Source of the DNA: Hemiscyllium ocellatum
Taxonomy: Eukaryota
Length of the DNA stretch: 64,000 nucleotides
Direction: 5' to 3'
NCBI RefSeq assembly: GCF_020745735.1
Contig: NC_083413.1
Coordinates: 79,546,001-79,610,000, forward strand
Every line of letters begins with the position of its first letter. The stretch's first letter is position 1. The position numbers were made by a program, and so were the translations under genes. The notes beneath the pieces are model-generated. The model was not told where the DNA came from. It searched no databases and saw only the letters and a program-made list of their open reading frames with translations. Shown here piece by piece: positions 25,100 to 38,588 of this stretch.

Positions 25100-27420
25100 A
25101 CTCACCCTTAACTGATTATTTGGACATCGTCAAGATCAGAATAATAAAACTTCCAGTATTTCAGGTATATAATTTTTGCCTGTTTATCTTGAGTTCTGGT
25201 TAAAACAAAGTTTGCTGTACTAACATTTGACTGAATGGTGCATCAAAAGCTGGTATGGGTATCAAGGATGCTGGTTTGATTACATGTTAGAGGGTTTCAT
25301 ACCAGCTGACAAGTAGGATTTGTTTTACAGGACTGCACTAGGTCTTTATGATGTCTTAAACATGTAATTGTTTATTGATGCTTGCGTTTTCTATTTTTCT
25401 TTATGTCCTAACATAGGAATTTCATATGCTTCTCACAATATTTCCTTACGCTATCTGGGATGTACCACTGTTTGTCAAACAACTGTCCACTTTGCATCCA
25501 CAGATCTGAGAGGATATCTTTACTTCCTCATCAGTTTATAGCTGAATAACACTCTGTAACTCCTTCAGCTTCAGACTGAGTTATCTAAGATAATTTACTC
25601 TAGACCTGCTTCTTCAGCCTCAACTGAGGACATTCTAAACACCTCTTCTAAGTTATCCTCATTCTTAAATAGTTTCAGCTAGCAGAATATCTGATTGTGA
25701 TTTCACTCTGGCCCCTGCTAATGGACTTTGTTTAGTTATTACTTTGATCACAATGGAAAAATACCCCAAACCTATTCTTGTTCCATCTTTTTAGACTCAA
25801 CTGGACTTTTCATGATTATGTACAAAGCTGTAACTTTTAATTCTGCCTAATCATCCCCCAGAAGTAAATTAACACCATCCACAGATAATTTCCTAACTAC
25901 CCTGACTTCCATGAGTGCAGATAACAAGCCACACTGAGCTGGGAAATACTCTCCAATCATCCCATTGTCCAACACTTTGGCTTTTGCTGAATTCTCTGGA
26001 GTGAATACGGAATCCTTCTCCAGCAAGTGTTGAGTAGGCCCTATATCTCTTAATACAGCTATGATCTTGGATACTTCCTTTGAAGTAAAAGAGATCATCT
26101 TCCCTTTAGATAAAAACCGTTCCTTAATTCTCAGCTACTCTGCATGCTTTAGCACTCACAGCAGCATCTACTTACAGTCTTTTGGTTAAGGTTAATGTGA
26201 CAATCTGACTTATGGCATTTATCTTTTGAGTTTCCTTTTCAGATCAATTTTAATAAGCTTCATGGGCTCCCCTCACAAATTCCATCTTTCTGAGTGAATG
26301 TGTTTCACATTGTCACAATGGAAATACCAAGGCCTCTGATTTTTAGCTCCACTTGCATTACTTTCAATTTTCATCTGAGGAGGAGACCTTTAAGCATTCC
26401 CAGTTATCCATTCTTTACCATGGCTATGCACTTTCTTCTCATTTTCCCATGTTCTTAATCTTTTGAATTTAATTGCATCAGATAAAAGGTTTCATTATGT
26501 GGATCAACTGTCAGCCATTATGGTCGTCTGTAACCCTTTGGTCATCAAGAAAGGTTTTTAATTACAGAGCTATTGAACTTTTTAATTCATATGTGATTTC
26601 AGATTCTAATGCTTGTGTCCACATGTCAAAATTACTTTGCTGATCCTTTCTGAATTCAACTTAGTTTTGCCTGGGCTGTTTTCTTAACTTCCAGAATCTG
26701 TGCCTTTATACCTCAAACACTAACTCAAGCAGCCAGTACAATTTTTATTATAGCATCATAATCCCAGTCCTCTTTTGACAGTCCAGTATAAATTACCTGT
26801 GGTTTACCTGTCAACCTTCTCTGTGTACAGTCTGCTTTTGCGCTCTTAACTTGCCTAGCCATTTTTTTTGCAAATGACAAGAACAATCCTTCAACGTCCT
26901 TTTCCCCAAATGTTGGGTGGGTCAGATTCTCCACAGCATGCACACTGCTATGTCCTCTTTGTTATGTATCTTTTTAGCTGTTATTTATGTTGTCTCGGTT
27001 CCTCACTCACAATTCCAATTCTAGTTTTCTCATTCCCATTGTTTTCAATTTTCTTTTCCTATCCTTGTCTTTCTCTACTTTTTATTTGTCTTTTTCTTCC
27101 CTATGGAATTTCATCTCCAAATTGTTATTTTCTCATGCTCAAGCTGCTTTTGCCATAACCAAATATCACAAGATCTAATCTTTCACTACCCTGAGTACTT
27201 GAGCGCTCCCTTGAATTTCATCTAAACCCAAGTGCTTTGCTATTACCATAAATACATCTGCCCTTTCAGCTCTGTCAAGCAATGCTCATCAGTTTACCCA
27301 CCAGTTTAATTAACTTCGGTCTTGCAAGTTCCTGTAAGACTCATCATAAAGCAGTTTGGGAAGAATGCCCTGCAGTCAGCATCACAGTGATGCAGCTCTT
27401 GTTAAAAATGCAAAGGGCCG
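25100..27420 (-). mobile_element. Older Gmr1-like Gypsy remnant (gag, protease, integrase N-terminus)
   Basis: ORF 26725..26943 is gag-like (F.EKDVEGLFLSF); ORF 25847..26098 is protease-like (LRDIG..Q.LL ... DGVNLLLGDD); integrase zinc-finger remnant (KPASLIP) at ~25250-25450. Confidence 0.75.
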
Positions 27421-27589
27421 TCATAGAAAATCTATAAGTTTATTGTATGGTAAGAAACTACTGCTAGGGGCTATTAGAAAAAAATGTATTATAAAGCACC
27501 AGAAATAACTGAAAGTCAGGACCAATATAATGAAGTAACATAATTAAGGCAAGGTAAAGAGAGTACAAATAACACAAGGGAAGTTTAAG

Positions 27590-30500
27590 GTAAGGTGAGA
27601 ATTCAGACCTGTACGTTGCGTGGTCAGCAGTTTGTGGAAAATTTTAGACCCTCTTGGCAGTCTAAATGACCACACCTGCAGGAAATGATACCGGTTTGAT
27701 CAGCTTGAACACCAGGTTTCGAAGCTTAAGCATCAGCTGAAGGCACAGGAGTGACTCTAGGATGGCACGTTGCCTCCTTAGGGCCAGGGTCAAGGATATC
27801 ATTGAACAGCTCCAGGGCATTTCAGAGATGGAGGACAAAGAGTCAGCCATTGCAGCTCTCATTCTCAACAACAACATAAGTAGAAAGAGGGATGAAGAAC
27901 TAAGAATTCAGGTAGCAGATTAAAAAGCAGGATCTTAAAGGTCGCAATCTCTGTCAAGTGTGGGTGAGTACAGGAAAAGGTGGATGGAACAGATGAATGA
28001 GTGGTCAGACTCTTGGAGTAGAAGAGATGGAATTAGTTTTTTTTCTGGGGAAGGTGGGACCTATACAAGTCTGAAAGGTTACACCTGAACCAGAATGAGA
28101 CCAACATCCTTGTGGAGAGATTTGCTAGTGTAAATGGTGGGAATTTGGCAGGGGTATGCGATGCGGAGTAGAGGTACAGTAGGACATGATGCACAGACAA
28201 GTACAGAAGAACTATGGAGGGCCTTGAGAGGTCAGTACAAATATAGTTAAGAAAGACAAAAGGGAGCATTGCAAGGCTAGATGGCATTTATTTCAATGTA
28301 AAGAAACATGCAAGTAAGGCAGATGAATTGATGACCTTGATTAATGCACCGGGATGTCATGACATTGCTATCAAAGGCATGGCTGAGGAAGGGACAGGAA
28401 TGGCAGCTCAAATATTCTGGGCTAAAGAGGTGGTGGTGTCGCAAAATTGATCAAATAATCAATTATCTCAAAATAGTAAGAAAGGATAATAGCTTAGAAG
28501 ATTTCTCAAATGAGGACATATCAATAGAACTTAAAAATGAAAAGGGTTTTGCTGAGGGTGTACTACAGAGCCCCAAACAGTCATGAGAGACAGTTAGCCA
28601 AATATGTAGGCAAATCTCAAAGAAGTGTAAATTAACAGGATAATGAGAGCAGGAAATTTCAACTTTCCCAGGTTAACTGGGACAGACAGTGTGAAAGGCT
28701 TAGAGTGGACATAGTTCTTAAAATGTATCCAGGAGAGCATTTTAAGCCAGCATATCAGTAATCTTATAAGAGAAGGGTGGCATTAAAATTAATTTTAGGG
28801 AATAAAATGGGCAAGTCATACCCGTGGCGGGCTTACATTCAGTGATAGTGACCATAATTCAGGAAGATTTAAGATAATTATGGATAATGACAAAGATGGA
28901 CTGCAAATAAAGTTCTGAATTGGGGGAAAGCTGAATTTAATAAGATAAGAGCAGCTATGTGCAGAAAATGCACACCAGAGCAGTGGGGAAGCATTCAAAA
29001 AGACAAAGGTGAGAGAGTGAGAGCCAACACATTTCCATAAAATCGAAGGGCAGGACCAACATGAGCAGAGAATCCTGGATGTAAAAGAATGTACAAAATG
29101 GGATAGAGAAAAAGAAAGGAAGTTTATGGCAGATACCAAAGCTCAAAACAACAAATGCCCGAGAGCAGAATAGGAAAGTACAAACGCAACTTGAAAAGAA
29201 ATTAAGAGACTGAAGAGATGATGTGAAAAAACTGTCTATTAACATTGAAGAAAATCCAAAGATGTTTTGCAAGTAAATTACAGGCAAAAGAATAATGAGG
29301 AAAGGAGCAGGGGCCTTTAGAGATCATAGTGGCAATCTGTGTGGAGGTGGAAGACATATCTGAAGTTTTAAATGAGTACCTTGTATCTATACTCACAGAG
29401 AAGAATGATGTAGGCCTGGAAATCAGGGAGAGTGATAAACCTGAAAAAAAACCAGCATTGAAACAGAAAAGGTATTGGTGGTTTCAGTAGACTTGTAAGT
29501 AGATAAACACCTAGGATCAGATGAAGGATATCCAAGGCCTGTGGGAGGTAAGCAAGGAGATTGCAGTGGCTCAGACATTAATTTTCAAATCTTCTGAAAC
29601 ACAGGAGAGGTGCTAGAGGATTGGAAGACAGCTGATGTGGCATTATTTTTCAATTTGGTGGTAGGAACTATAGACCAATCAGTGTCTCAGCATTGGTAAA
29701 GAAAGTTTTGGAAAAAATTCTAAGGGATAGAATTTATCTCCATTTGGAGAGACAAAAATTAATCAGCATGACTTGATTGCAGGAAAACCATTTCAAATAA
29801 AGTTGATTGAAATTTTTGAGGTGATGGTTAGGTGTGTGGATGAAGGTAATGCAGTTGAGGTAGGCTACATAGACTTCAGCAAGATTTTTGACAGGTTATC
29901 ACATGGAGTCTGGTCAAGTAAGTAAGAGCCCTTTGGATCTAGGACAATTAGCAATTTGGCTTAGTGGCAGGAAGCAAGTGTGATGGTAGAATGGCATTTT
30001 TGCAATTGGAAGCTAAATCCAGTTTCATACAGCAAGCAGCTGGATCCTTTGCTACTTGTTGTGTATATTCATGTTTATATCATTAATGTAGGGGATATCA
30101 GTAAATTTGAAGATGACACATCAATTGGTGTAGTATATAGTGAAAGCCTTAGACCTCTGGACCACAATGGACAGTCTGGTAAGATAGGCTGAACAGTGGA
30201 CTTTAACCCTGCAAAGTAAGAGGTGACATTTTGGAGGACAAGCAATGCACACTTTGAATGGTAGGACCCCAGTAATTAGACAATCAGGGGGACTTTGGGG
30301 TACATGCCCACTGATCCTTGAAGACAGCAGGATTGATATAGAAGGTGGTTAAGAAAGCATACGAGATAGTTGTTTTTATTAGTCAAGGCACTGATAACAT
30401 CAGTTAAGCCACAGAGGGAGTGCTCGGACAGTTCTGATTATCACGCTATAGGAAGGATGCAAATGCAGTAGTCATGTTCCAGAAGAGATTCATCGGAAAT

Positions 30501-30927
30501 TGTTTGGGCTATAGTGATTCAACTATGGAGAGAGATTAGATAAGCTGAAACTGTTTTCCTTACAGCAGAGAGAGGTGAGAGGTGATCTGTATGAGATGCG
30601 CGAAGTTCTGAGGGGTTTAGAAAGGATAGAGGGGAGTACCTTTTCCCTTTTGTGGAGGAGTCAATAAGCAGGGGGCACAGTTGTACAGTAAGGAGGGTTA
30701 AGGAAAATGCTTTCACCCAGAGAGTTGTGGGTATCATTAACCTGCTGCCCAAAGGGCAGAAATCTTCAAGACGTTTAAGAACTATTTAGATAAGTACTTG
30801 GAACGTCATAGCACACAAGGCTACAGGCCAAGTACTACAAAATGGGATTAGAATAGATAGAAGTTTGATGACTGGTCAAGATGCAATGGGCTGAAAGGTC
30901 TCTTCCCATGCTATAAAAACTCTATGA
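27590..30927 (+). mobile_element. Degenerate near-full-length CR1 LINE (ORF1, endonuclease, RT, 3' tail)
   Basis: ORF1 Cys region at ~27610-27700; esterase-like DLYKSERLHLN at ~28060; endonuclease remnants at 28290-28860; SKFEDDT at ~30100; 3' tail ...ctataaaaactctatga. Confidence 0.85.
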
Positions 30928-31269
30928 TGCCAGACTGCCAAGGAAAACTCTGCCACCTGCAGGAAATCTTTTGCTGCTTCCAGTACCATGACTTAAATGC
31001 AGCTCAGAACCCCAGTGTTCTCCTTCACATGCATGTATTTCCTAATATCATAGATAAACTCTCATACTTCTGTTTCAAAATAATCCCAGACAAGCCCCTA
31101 AACACTAACATTTCACTGGGGTAACATGCTGGAAACCAAGCCCCACTATTCCCACAGTCCTCACATAAGTTAATGATTTTAAAAGGCACAGAATCCTCCA
31201 CTCAGACACAACTGATTACTGTAGCTAAGAAGTATCTCTGAAAGACCCATATAAGAAAGGGATTTCTGC

Positions 31270-34200
31270 ACCAACTGGCAGTAACAGCAGAATCAATGAG
31301 AATGAGTTTGTCTTTGAGTGAGACAAAGGCTGGGTAAGTGTAGCTGGGTGAAAGTGGGAATTCAGGGCAGAGGTGCTACAACTAAGGTTTACAACAAAAT
31401 ATGAACTCTCCAGAGCAAGAGGTGAGCAGGAATGCTGAAAAGATGCAAAAAGGAAGGCATACCTGCAGTGAGGTCCATAGCAGAGTTACAACCTGAACCT
31501 GTACTTTGTACTTCCTATCATTTTAATTAAAAAAAGCTCATCAAGTATAAGTTTGATAATGATGTATTTCATCTTAAGAACTATGATAATGCGTACAATG
31601 AAGGAATCTGAAGTAATTAATTGAAGGAAATTAAATCAGATGCGATAGTGATGGCAGGATGTGTGATGTGTTGCTATTTTAGCATGTCGGAGCTGCTGGA
31701 CACTAAGGTGGTACAGAGTGAAACCACTTGTATTAATTGTTTGCAACTCAAGAAATTTCAGATCCAAGTTGATGAGTCCAGACTGTTGACAGTGCACTCC
31801 ATCAGGGAAAGGAAAATTATCTGATCGTTTACTCGAGGAGGCATTCATCTTTCAGACTGAGCAACTCAAATGTGGTCTGTGATTATGGTCAGGATCAGGA
31901 AGGTACAACTGCAGGTGAGGCAGGTAGGAGGCCCCACCAGGGAGGTACTTTTGAGTACCCTTGCAATGGTTCAACAGTTATGAAGTTGTTGCAACCTGTG
32001 TTGTTGTGACCCACTGGAGTAGCACACCATAAACTGAGCACTGCTCTTCCTGGAATTGTACCACATGATTTTTTTCCTCTAAAGTACGCACATTACCCCA
32101 ATTTACCAGACTTTCAGACCAAGGTTGATTGAAAACACAGACCAGGTTTCTATACTGAACCAGAATTATTTATTATGAGCACAAGACTATAGCTACAGTT
32201 ATAGAGAAAGGTCACGATGGGAAAGCATGCAATTAAATAAACCAAAGAATGTTAGAAATAAAGCAGAAGGAAAAAGTATCAAGCAACAGTTTAAATAAAG
32301 GTTTCAAGCTTTGCTGGGAAAAGCAGGAAGTCTAGCTCTGACAAGAACAAGTTTAGGCAGCTACGAAACTTAAAGATTAGTCATTAAGCAGGAACAGAAG
32401 CCTTTGACAGATGACTTCAAACTTAAAGTACTTACAAAGAAAGACAATATGGGTATGAATAAAGAGTCTACTGACCAAGCATGTGAGGTGGAAAACAATG
32501 AAGAATGAGTTTAAGACATAAAAGACAGTAAGTAATCAGGCTTAAACAAGGACATGAGGTGAATGAGTATGTGACCAAACTTTTGAAGATGTTAACACTT
32601 AATGTTATCACCGAGTCAGTACAAGGGCAGTTTCGTTATCGCTATTCTAGGAATGTGATCGGTCAACAAAAGACTAACAAGTTCATCACAAGCACAGCAG
32701 GAATGCGGTGAGGACATCGTGTTCATCAGCAGGTATTTGATTGACATGCTTAGTGGGCAAAAATTGTATAAATACTCAAGATTGTGAGTGCCATTTTTGG
32801 AGTACTCTGAGAGAGCTCGAGGTTGGTAAGTGCTGATACCGCTACTCTGCTGAGGTTTTAAAACCACTACTTAGACTTGGCCTTGGTGTCTTGTTACTCT
32901 AACTGGGATATTGTAGTAAATGTTTAAATAAATGTGCTAAACCTTTAATGGACTGCTTCTAAGAATTTTATTCCAGGCAATTGAACGATGTAGGGGAAAG
33001 GTTGAGTAGACTCCAGCAGGGGGTCCTCCCTGAGCCACTCAAGCTCTCGAAGAGGCTTCCACAGTATAAACCATTGGCAGATAATGCTATTAACAAAAAG
33101 CCTAATCTCTGTATAAACTCCCCTTACACAAATACACATGCGAATTGGGAAAGGAGATTATTGGCAGAGGTGGAATAACACTGACTGGAAAGTCAGTTCA
33201 GTAGTCTTTGCTTCCAAATCTGATGCAGAGATGATCCTTCTTCACCTTGACATTAAGGTGCCTTTCCCTGAAAGCAACCATTGACTTGTAAAAACTACAG
33301 AGTGACTGATTCACTTGAAAAATGTCCCTGATTTATTAACTCAAAAGTCACAGCTCACAGCAGCTGCTGCAGGAAAGGTAACAGGTTTTCTTGAAGTACA
33401 AACTGGGTTTTGTTTTGCAGAGAAAAGGCAATTCAACCGGGGAAAACAATTCACTACATTTCTGAGTCTGTTATTAGAAAAGCTATCAGTTTCACTTGTA
33501 AACAACTTCTCAGTTCCTGATCATCAGAACCATGCAGGAACCAACAGTCACAAAATTCACAACAGGTATCAAATTCCTTGCTGTAATTTATGCAGCTATC
33601 ATGGTAAATCAGTGTTTCGAAAAAACATTTCTCATTGTAGTCTTGTTTTTAAAGGAGTCAAAAATAACCCGACATGATCCTTGCAGTCAGGACAAGAGTG
33701 GGGATTGCAAGAAGGATGAGCAAACTGACTACGGTAACATGATTCAAGGAGCCATTCAAGTGGAGGGAGAAAATAGGAATGTTGTCCTGGTGGGAACAGT
33801 CACTAGGGGGGACAGACTATTCTCTGCAGCTGTGAGCACAAGTCCCAAAGGTTGTTTTGTGTGCCAGGGTCAAGAACATTGCTTCAGAGCTGGAGAGGAA
33901 TTTGGAGTGGGATGACAGGAATCCAACTATTGTAGCCACATTGGTATTAACAACATTGATAGGATGGGAAAGGAGGTACAGTCGAAAAAATTTGAAAGGT
34001 TAGGAGCTAAACTACAAGGCAGAACCTCCAAGGCAATAATATCTAGATTACTATTCAAGTTATAAGCAAACTTGCATAGGGTAAGTAAAGCCAAAAAGTT
34101 AAAGGCACAGCGCAAAGATTGATGTGGGCGGAATGGGTTTAAGCTGCGATAGGGCAATGACACGAGCACTGAGGTAGAAGGAAGCTGTCCCAGTGAAATA

Positions 34201-34275
34201 GACAGGCATTACCTGAGTCATGCCATGACTAGTGCCCTGGACAATTAAATCATTTGGGCCACAGAGAGGGCTTTA
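31270..34275 (+). mobile_element. CR1 5' UTR and ORF1 remnant interrupted by a 1.7-kb insert
   Basis: ORF 31621..31824 has MCCYFSM...TCINCLQL. The reading resumes after ~33690 with esterase-like motifs (VAHIGINNI). Confidence 0.7.
32002..33689. mobile_element. LTR-like non-coding insert, possibly a solo LTR
   Basis: Splits the CR1 ORF1 sequence acctgtgt|ggacaag; begins tgttgtgac and ends cagtca. No TSD found. Confidence 0.4.
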
Positions 34276-34835
34276 ATCTAACTGCAGCAAGGTGGGGGTG
34301 AATCATCTTCCCTGGCTCACTACCATCCTTTGTTTGCATAGCATTCTTTCTCTTTGGACATCTCCACCAATCTGCTTACTCCAACCCTATGTCATCAGCA
34401 CAAATACCGCTCTAGCTACTATCAATTGAAATGATAACTCTACTTTCTCTTCACAGATGCTGACAGACCTGCTGAGTTTCTTCAGTAGTTTAATTTGATT
34501 TTGTTTCAGATCTTCAGCATCTGCAGCTTTTATTCTTTAAGACCATGTTATGTTTTATTGCAAGGGAAACTGAATGCAACAGTATTGCAGTTATCCTTCA
34601 CTTATAAAGGGCATTGATTGGTGAGACTACATCTGCATTATTTTGTACATAGTAATGGTCAGCATACTTACAGAAGGATATGTTGGACACAATTTAGAGA
34701 AGGTTTACTAAATGATTACCATAAAGTTGAGTTGAGATAAGCCATGATCTCATCAAATGGCAGAATGATCTACTTCTATTCCTGCGTTTTGGGTACAACT
34801 TGAAATTGTAACCCCTATACTCAAGTCCAAGGTTT

Positions 34836-34862
34836 ATCTCTCTCTCTCTCTCTCTCTCTCTC
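34836..34862. repeat. (TC)n microsatellite
   Basis: About 13 TC units seen directly. Confidence 0.95.
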
Positions 34863-36121
34863 ATAGATGGTACATGTAACTATACAGAATTAAATACAAA
34901 AGCTTTACGACCCAAAGCAAAATATTTCTTTTTTAAAATGGGTACTAAGTTATGAAATGAAATTAGTGAGTCAAGTTTAGATCATGTTGCATTTTAAACA
35001 CAGCTACAGGTGACCAACAGAATTGACAAGAAAAGCACAAGTGAGTAGGAAAGACACATGAATTAGGACTATAGCTTGTATACAGATTAAATAATGACAC
35101 GGATTTGTTGGGCTAAAAGGTCATTTTCTACATGTAATTTGTGTACAGGGTGACCCCTGCATCCATGGGTCCTGTTACGGAGGTCTCAGTTACCCACGGT
35201 TTACGAGGGCTTGACCATATTACAGGGCGCATTCCAGATCCAGGGACTGGGGGTTTCCGGGGGGTAAATGCCCTGTTTAAATGAATGGGTTTGCTCCTGT
35301 CCACAGCTTCAAGCTTCCACATTAGGTCTTGGAAAGTTTCACCTTTTTTTGGTGGGGGGGGGGTTAGTGTGGCGGAGAAACTACTGTAATTCTGAAGAGA
35401 GGACACCAAACATCAAATGGCATCAATGGGCAACAATGCATATAAACTCAGGTTACCTTGTTAAAATGATCTAACAACTTTGAGCCGAATAAATTTGCTG
35501 TTTATGCAAAACAGTTATACTCAAAGCTCCAAAGACATGTTTCCTCACATGCTGTCAGTAAGTTTTCTACCTTTTTTCCAACATTTAATGGCACAATGCT
35601 TAAAATTTCTAAACACAGATAAATGCCTATTCGAGCTCTAGTCTGTGACTGTGTTGGATCACCTTAGCTGGCTTGTACTGGCTCAGGAAAAAGGGTAAGC
35701 TAAGCGTTACACCACAAAACAAAATGAGATTCAGCACAAGTACAGGTGCTCTGCCTTTCTCAATGTTGAGCACATTTAAAGAAAGTTCATGTGATTTTTT
35801 TCCTCATCCACTTATCAACATGTCTAGTAAGCTAAATGTCTCCTAGGTACTTGGTAGGCTGAGGGAGATCAATGGTGGTAGAGGATGCAAAATTGAAAGT
35901 GGGAGCAAGGCTGGGTGAGTTGCCAGGATGAAAATACAAGGCCTAAAAACAGATTCCAGTCTGGATACTTTAGACCTAAAAATACTTAGATCCAACTTTT
36001 AGTGGGAAAATGCTGGAAACAGGCATGGTTTAAAGAGACTGAGTGATCCATGTACATAGATCTTCTGTATTTCCCAAACAAGTGCTGAAATTAATCGAAG
36101 GCTAATGGAACAGTAAATGTA

Positions 36122-38055
36122 TTTTTTTTATCCATTTGCGGGATGTGGAAATCACTGGCTGAACCAGCATTTATTGCCCTTGTGAAGTTTTGGTTAGCTG
36201 TCTTCCTGAATCGCAGTTCTATCTGCTCTGGGTTGACCCACATGCCATAAGGGAGGGAATTTCAGGATTTTGGCCCAGCAACAATGCAGGAATGCGATAT
36301 ATTTCCAAGAGAGGATGGTATGTGGCTTGCAGGGGAATTGCAAGTGGTGGTATTCCTACAAATCTTCTACCCTTTTCCTTCTAGATGGAAGTGGTTGTGG
36401 TTTGGAAGGTGCTGTCTGAGGATCCTTGGTGAATTTTTGCAATGCAGTTTGTAAATAGTACATACTGCTGCCACTGAGTGTCAGTGGAGCAGGAAGTGGA
36501 TGCTTGTGGATGTGGTGCCAATCAAGCGGGCTGCATTGTCCTGGATGGTGTCAAGCCTCTTGAGTATTGTTGGACAAGCACCCATCCAGGCAAGTGAGGA
36601 GTATTCCATCACACTTCTGACTTATGCCTTGTAGATGGTAGACAGGCTTTGAGGAGTCAGAGCCTCTGACCGACTCTTATGGCCGCTGTGTTGAGTCCCG
36701 TTGAGTTTCCAGTCATCCTTAGGATGTTATAGTGAGGGATTCAGTGATGGAAACACCATTGAATGTCAAGGGGCAATGGTTAGACTGTCCCTTATAGATA
36801 ATAGTCAGAGTGTCCCTTATTGATCATGGTCACAGCCTGATATTTGTGTGGCATGAATGTTACTTGCCACTTTCAGCCCAAGGAGAAGTCGAGAACTGCT
36901 GATGCTGGAGAGTCAGAGTCAAAACGTGCAGTGCTGGAAAAGCACAGCAGGTCAGGCAGCTTCCGAGGAGCGAGAGAGTTGACGTTTTGGGCATAAGCCC
37001 TTCATCAGGCCAAGCCTGGATATCCTCCAAATCTTGTTGTAGAATCATACAAGCCCTTCAGTGCAATTCATCCACGCTGACCAAGTTTTCCCAAACTGAA
37101 TTAGATCCACTTGCCTGCGCTTGACCCATAACCCTCTAAACATATCCTATTCATGTACCTGTCCAAATGTCTTTTAGATGCTGTAACTGTACTTGCATCT
37201 ACCACTTTCTCTGGCAGTTCACTTGAAATACGAACCACCCTCAGTGTGAAAACGTTGCCCTCAGGTGCCTTTAAATCTTTCGCCTCTCACCTTAAAAATT
37301 CATCCCCTAGTTTTGAACTCACCCATTTAGGGTAAAGACCTTTGCTTTTCACCTTATTTGTGCCCCTCATGATTTTATAAACCTCTGGATGATCAACTCT
37401 AAATCATCTGCGCGCTAGTGAAAGTCGCAGCCTATCCATATAACTCAAATCCTCCAGTCTTATCAACATCCTGGTAATTTATTTTTTCTGAACCCTCTCC
37501 AATTTAATAATATCCTTCCTACGACAGGGATGGACTCCTTCAGTACCTGAGGAGTCATGACTGGTGCTGAACATTGCGCAATCATCAGTGAACATCCACA
37601 CTTCTGATCACTGATGAAGCAGATGAAAATGGTTAGGTCTAGGAGACGACCCTGAGAAACCTCTGCAGTGTGTCCTGGAGCTGACATGACTGACCTCCAA
37701 CAGCCACGACCATCTAATGTGCCAGGTGTGGCTGCACCCAGCAGAGAGTTTGCCCTCCGATACCCATCAATTCCAGCTTTATTAGGGCTCCTCGATACCA
37801 CACTCGGCAAAATTCGGTCTTGTTATCAAAGGCTGTCAATCTCGTCTCACTTCTTGAATTCCACACTTTTTCCTGTTTGAACCAGGGCTGTAGTGAAGTC
37901 AGGAGCTGCGTGGTCCTGGCAGAACCCAAACCCGTCACTGAGCAGGTGCTGCTTAATAGCGCAGTTGATGACACCTTCCAACACTTTACCAATGAGATTA
38001 GATTGAGTGTGCGGTAATTGGCTCAGTTGGATTTGTCCTGTTTTTCAGGTACAGA
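36122..38055 (-). mobile_element. CR1/L2-superfamily LINE 3' part hosting nested elements
   Basis: Minus-strand 3' end gggcaataaatgctgg...cacatcccgcaaatggataaaaa; RT remnants in ORF 37714..37992 (AFD..VWYRGALIKL). Nested Penelope piece at 36881-37009 and CR1 3' end at ~37045-37530. Same tail seen at ~14700-14850. Confidence 0.75.
36881..37009 (-). mobile_element. Penelope-type 3' end with a mutated hammerhead core
   Basis: Minus strand reads CTGATGA-a-gggcttatgccc-AAAA-cgtc (G12 to A); flanked by tcagcccaag / tcaggccaag. Confidence 0.75.
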
Positions 38056-38273
38056 GCTGATGAGCTGAATTCTTAGCTTCGGACATTCAACACATTAGGG
38101 AGAGGGAGAGTCACCTGGATGCTGAGTTTCAGGAGACAGTCAGGCTAACTAACTGGAATTTGGCCTGTGTTCAGGGACAGGAGGATGTTACTGTGAGTGA
38201 GTATAAACCAGGAAATATTAAGAGGCTTGCGAGGAAAGTATGGTAATAATTTTAGGTGATTTTAACTTGCCAC

Positions 38274-38588
38274 GGGCGGCACGGTGGCACAGTGGTTAGC
38301 ACTGCTGCCTCACAGCGCCTGTAGACCCGGGTTCAATTCCCGACTCAGGCGACTGACTGTGTGGAGTTTGCACATTCTCCCCGTGTCTGCGTGGGTTTCC
38401 TCCGGGTGCTCCGGTTTCCTCCCACAGTCCAAAGATGTGCGGGTCAGGTGAATTGGCCAAGCTAAATTGCCCGTAGTGTTAGGTAAGGGGTAAATGTAGG
38501 GGTATGGGTGGGTTGCGCTTCGGCGGGTCGGTGTGGACTTGTTGGGCCGAAGGGCCTGTTTCCACACTGTAAGTCTAATCTAATCTAA
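38274..38588 (+). mobile_element. Young HE1-type V-SINE
   Basis: Near-identical to 23487-23800; (tctaa)n tail. Confidence 0.93.
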
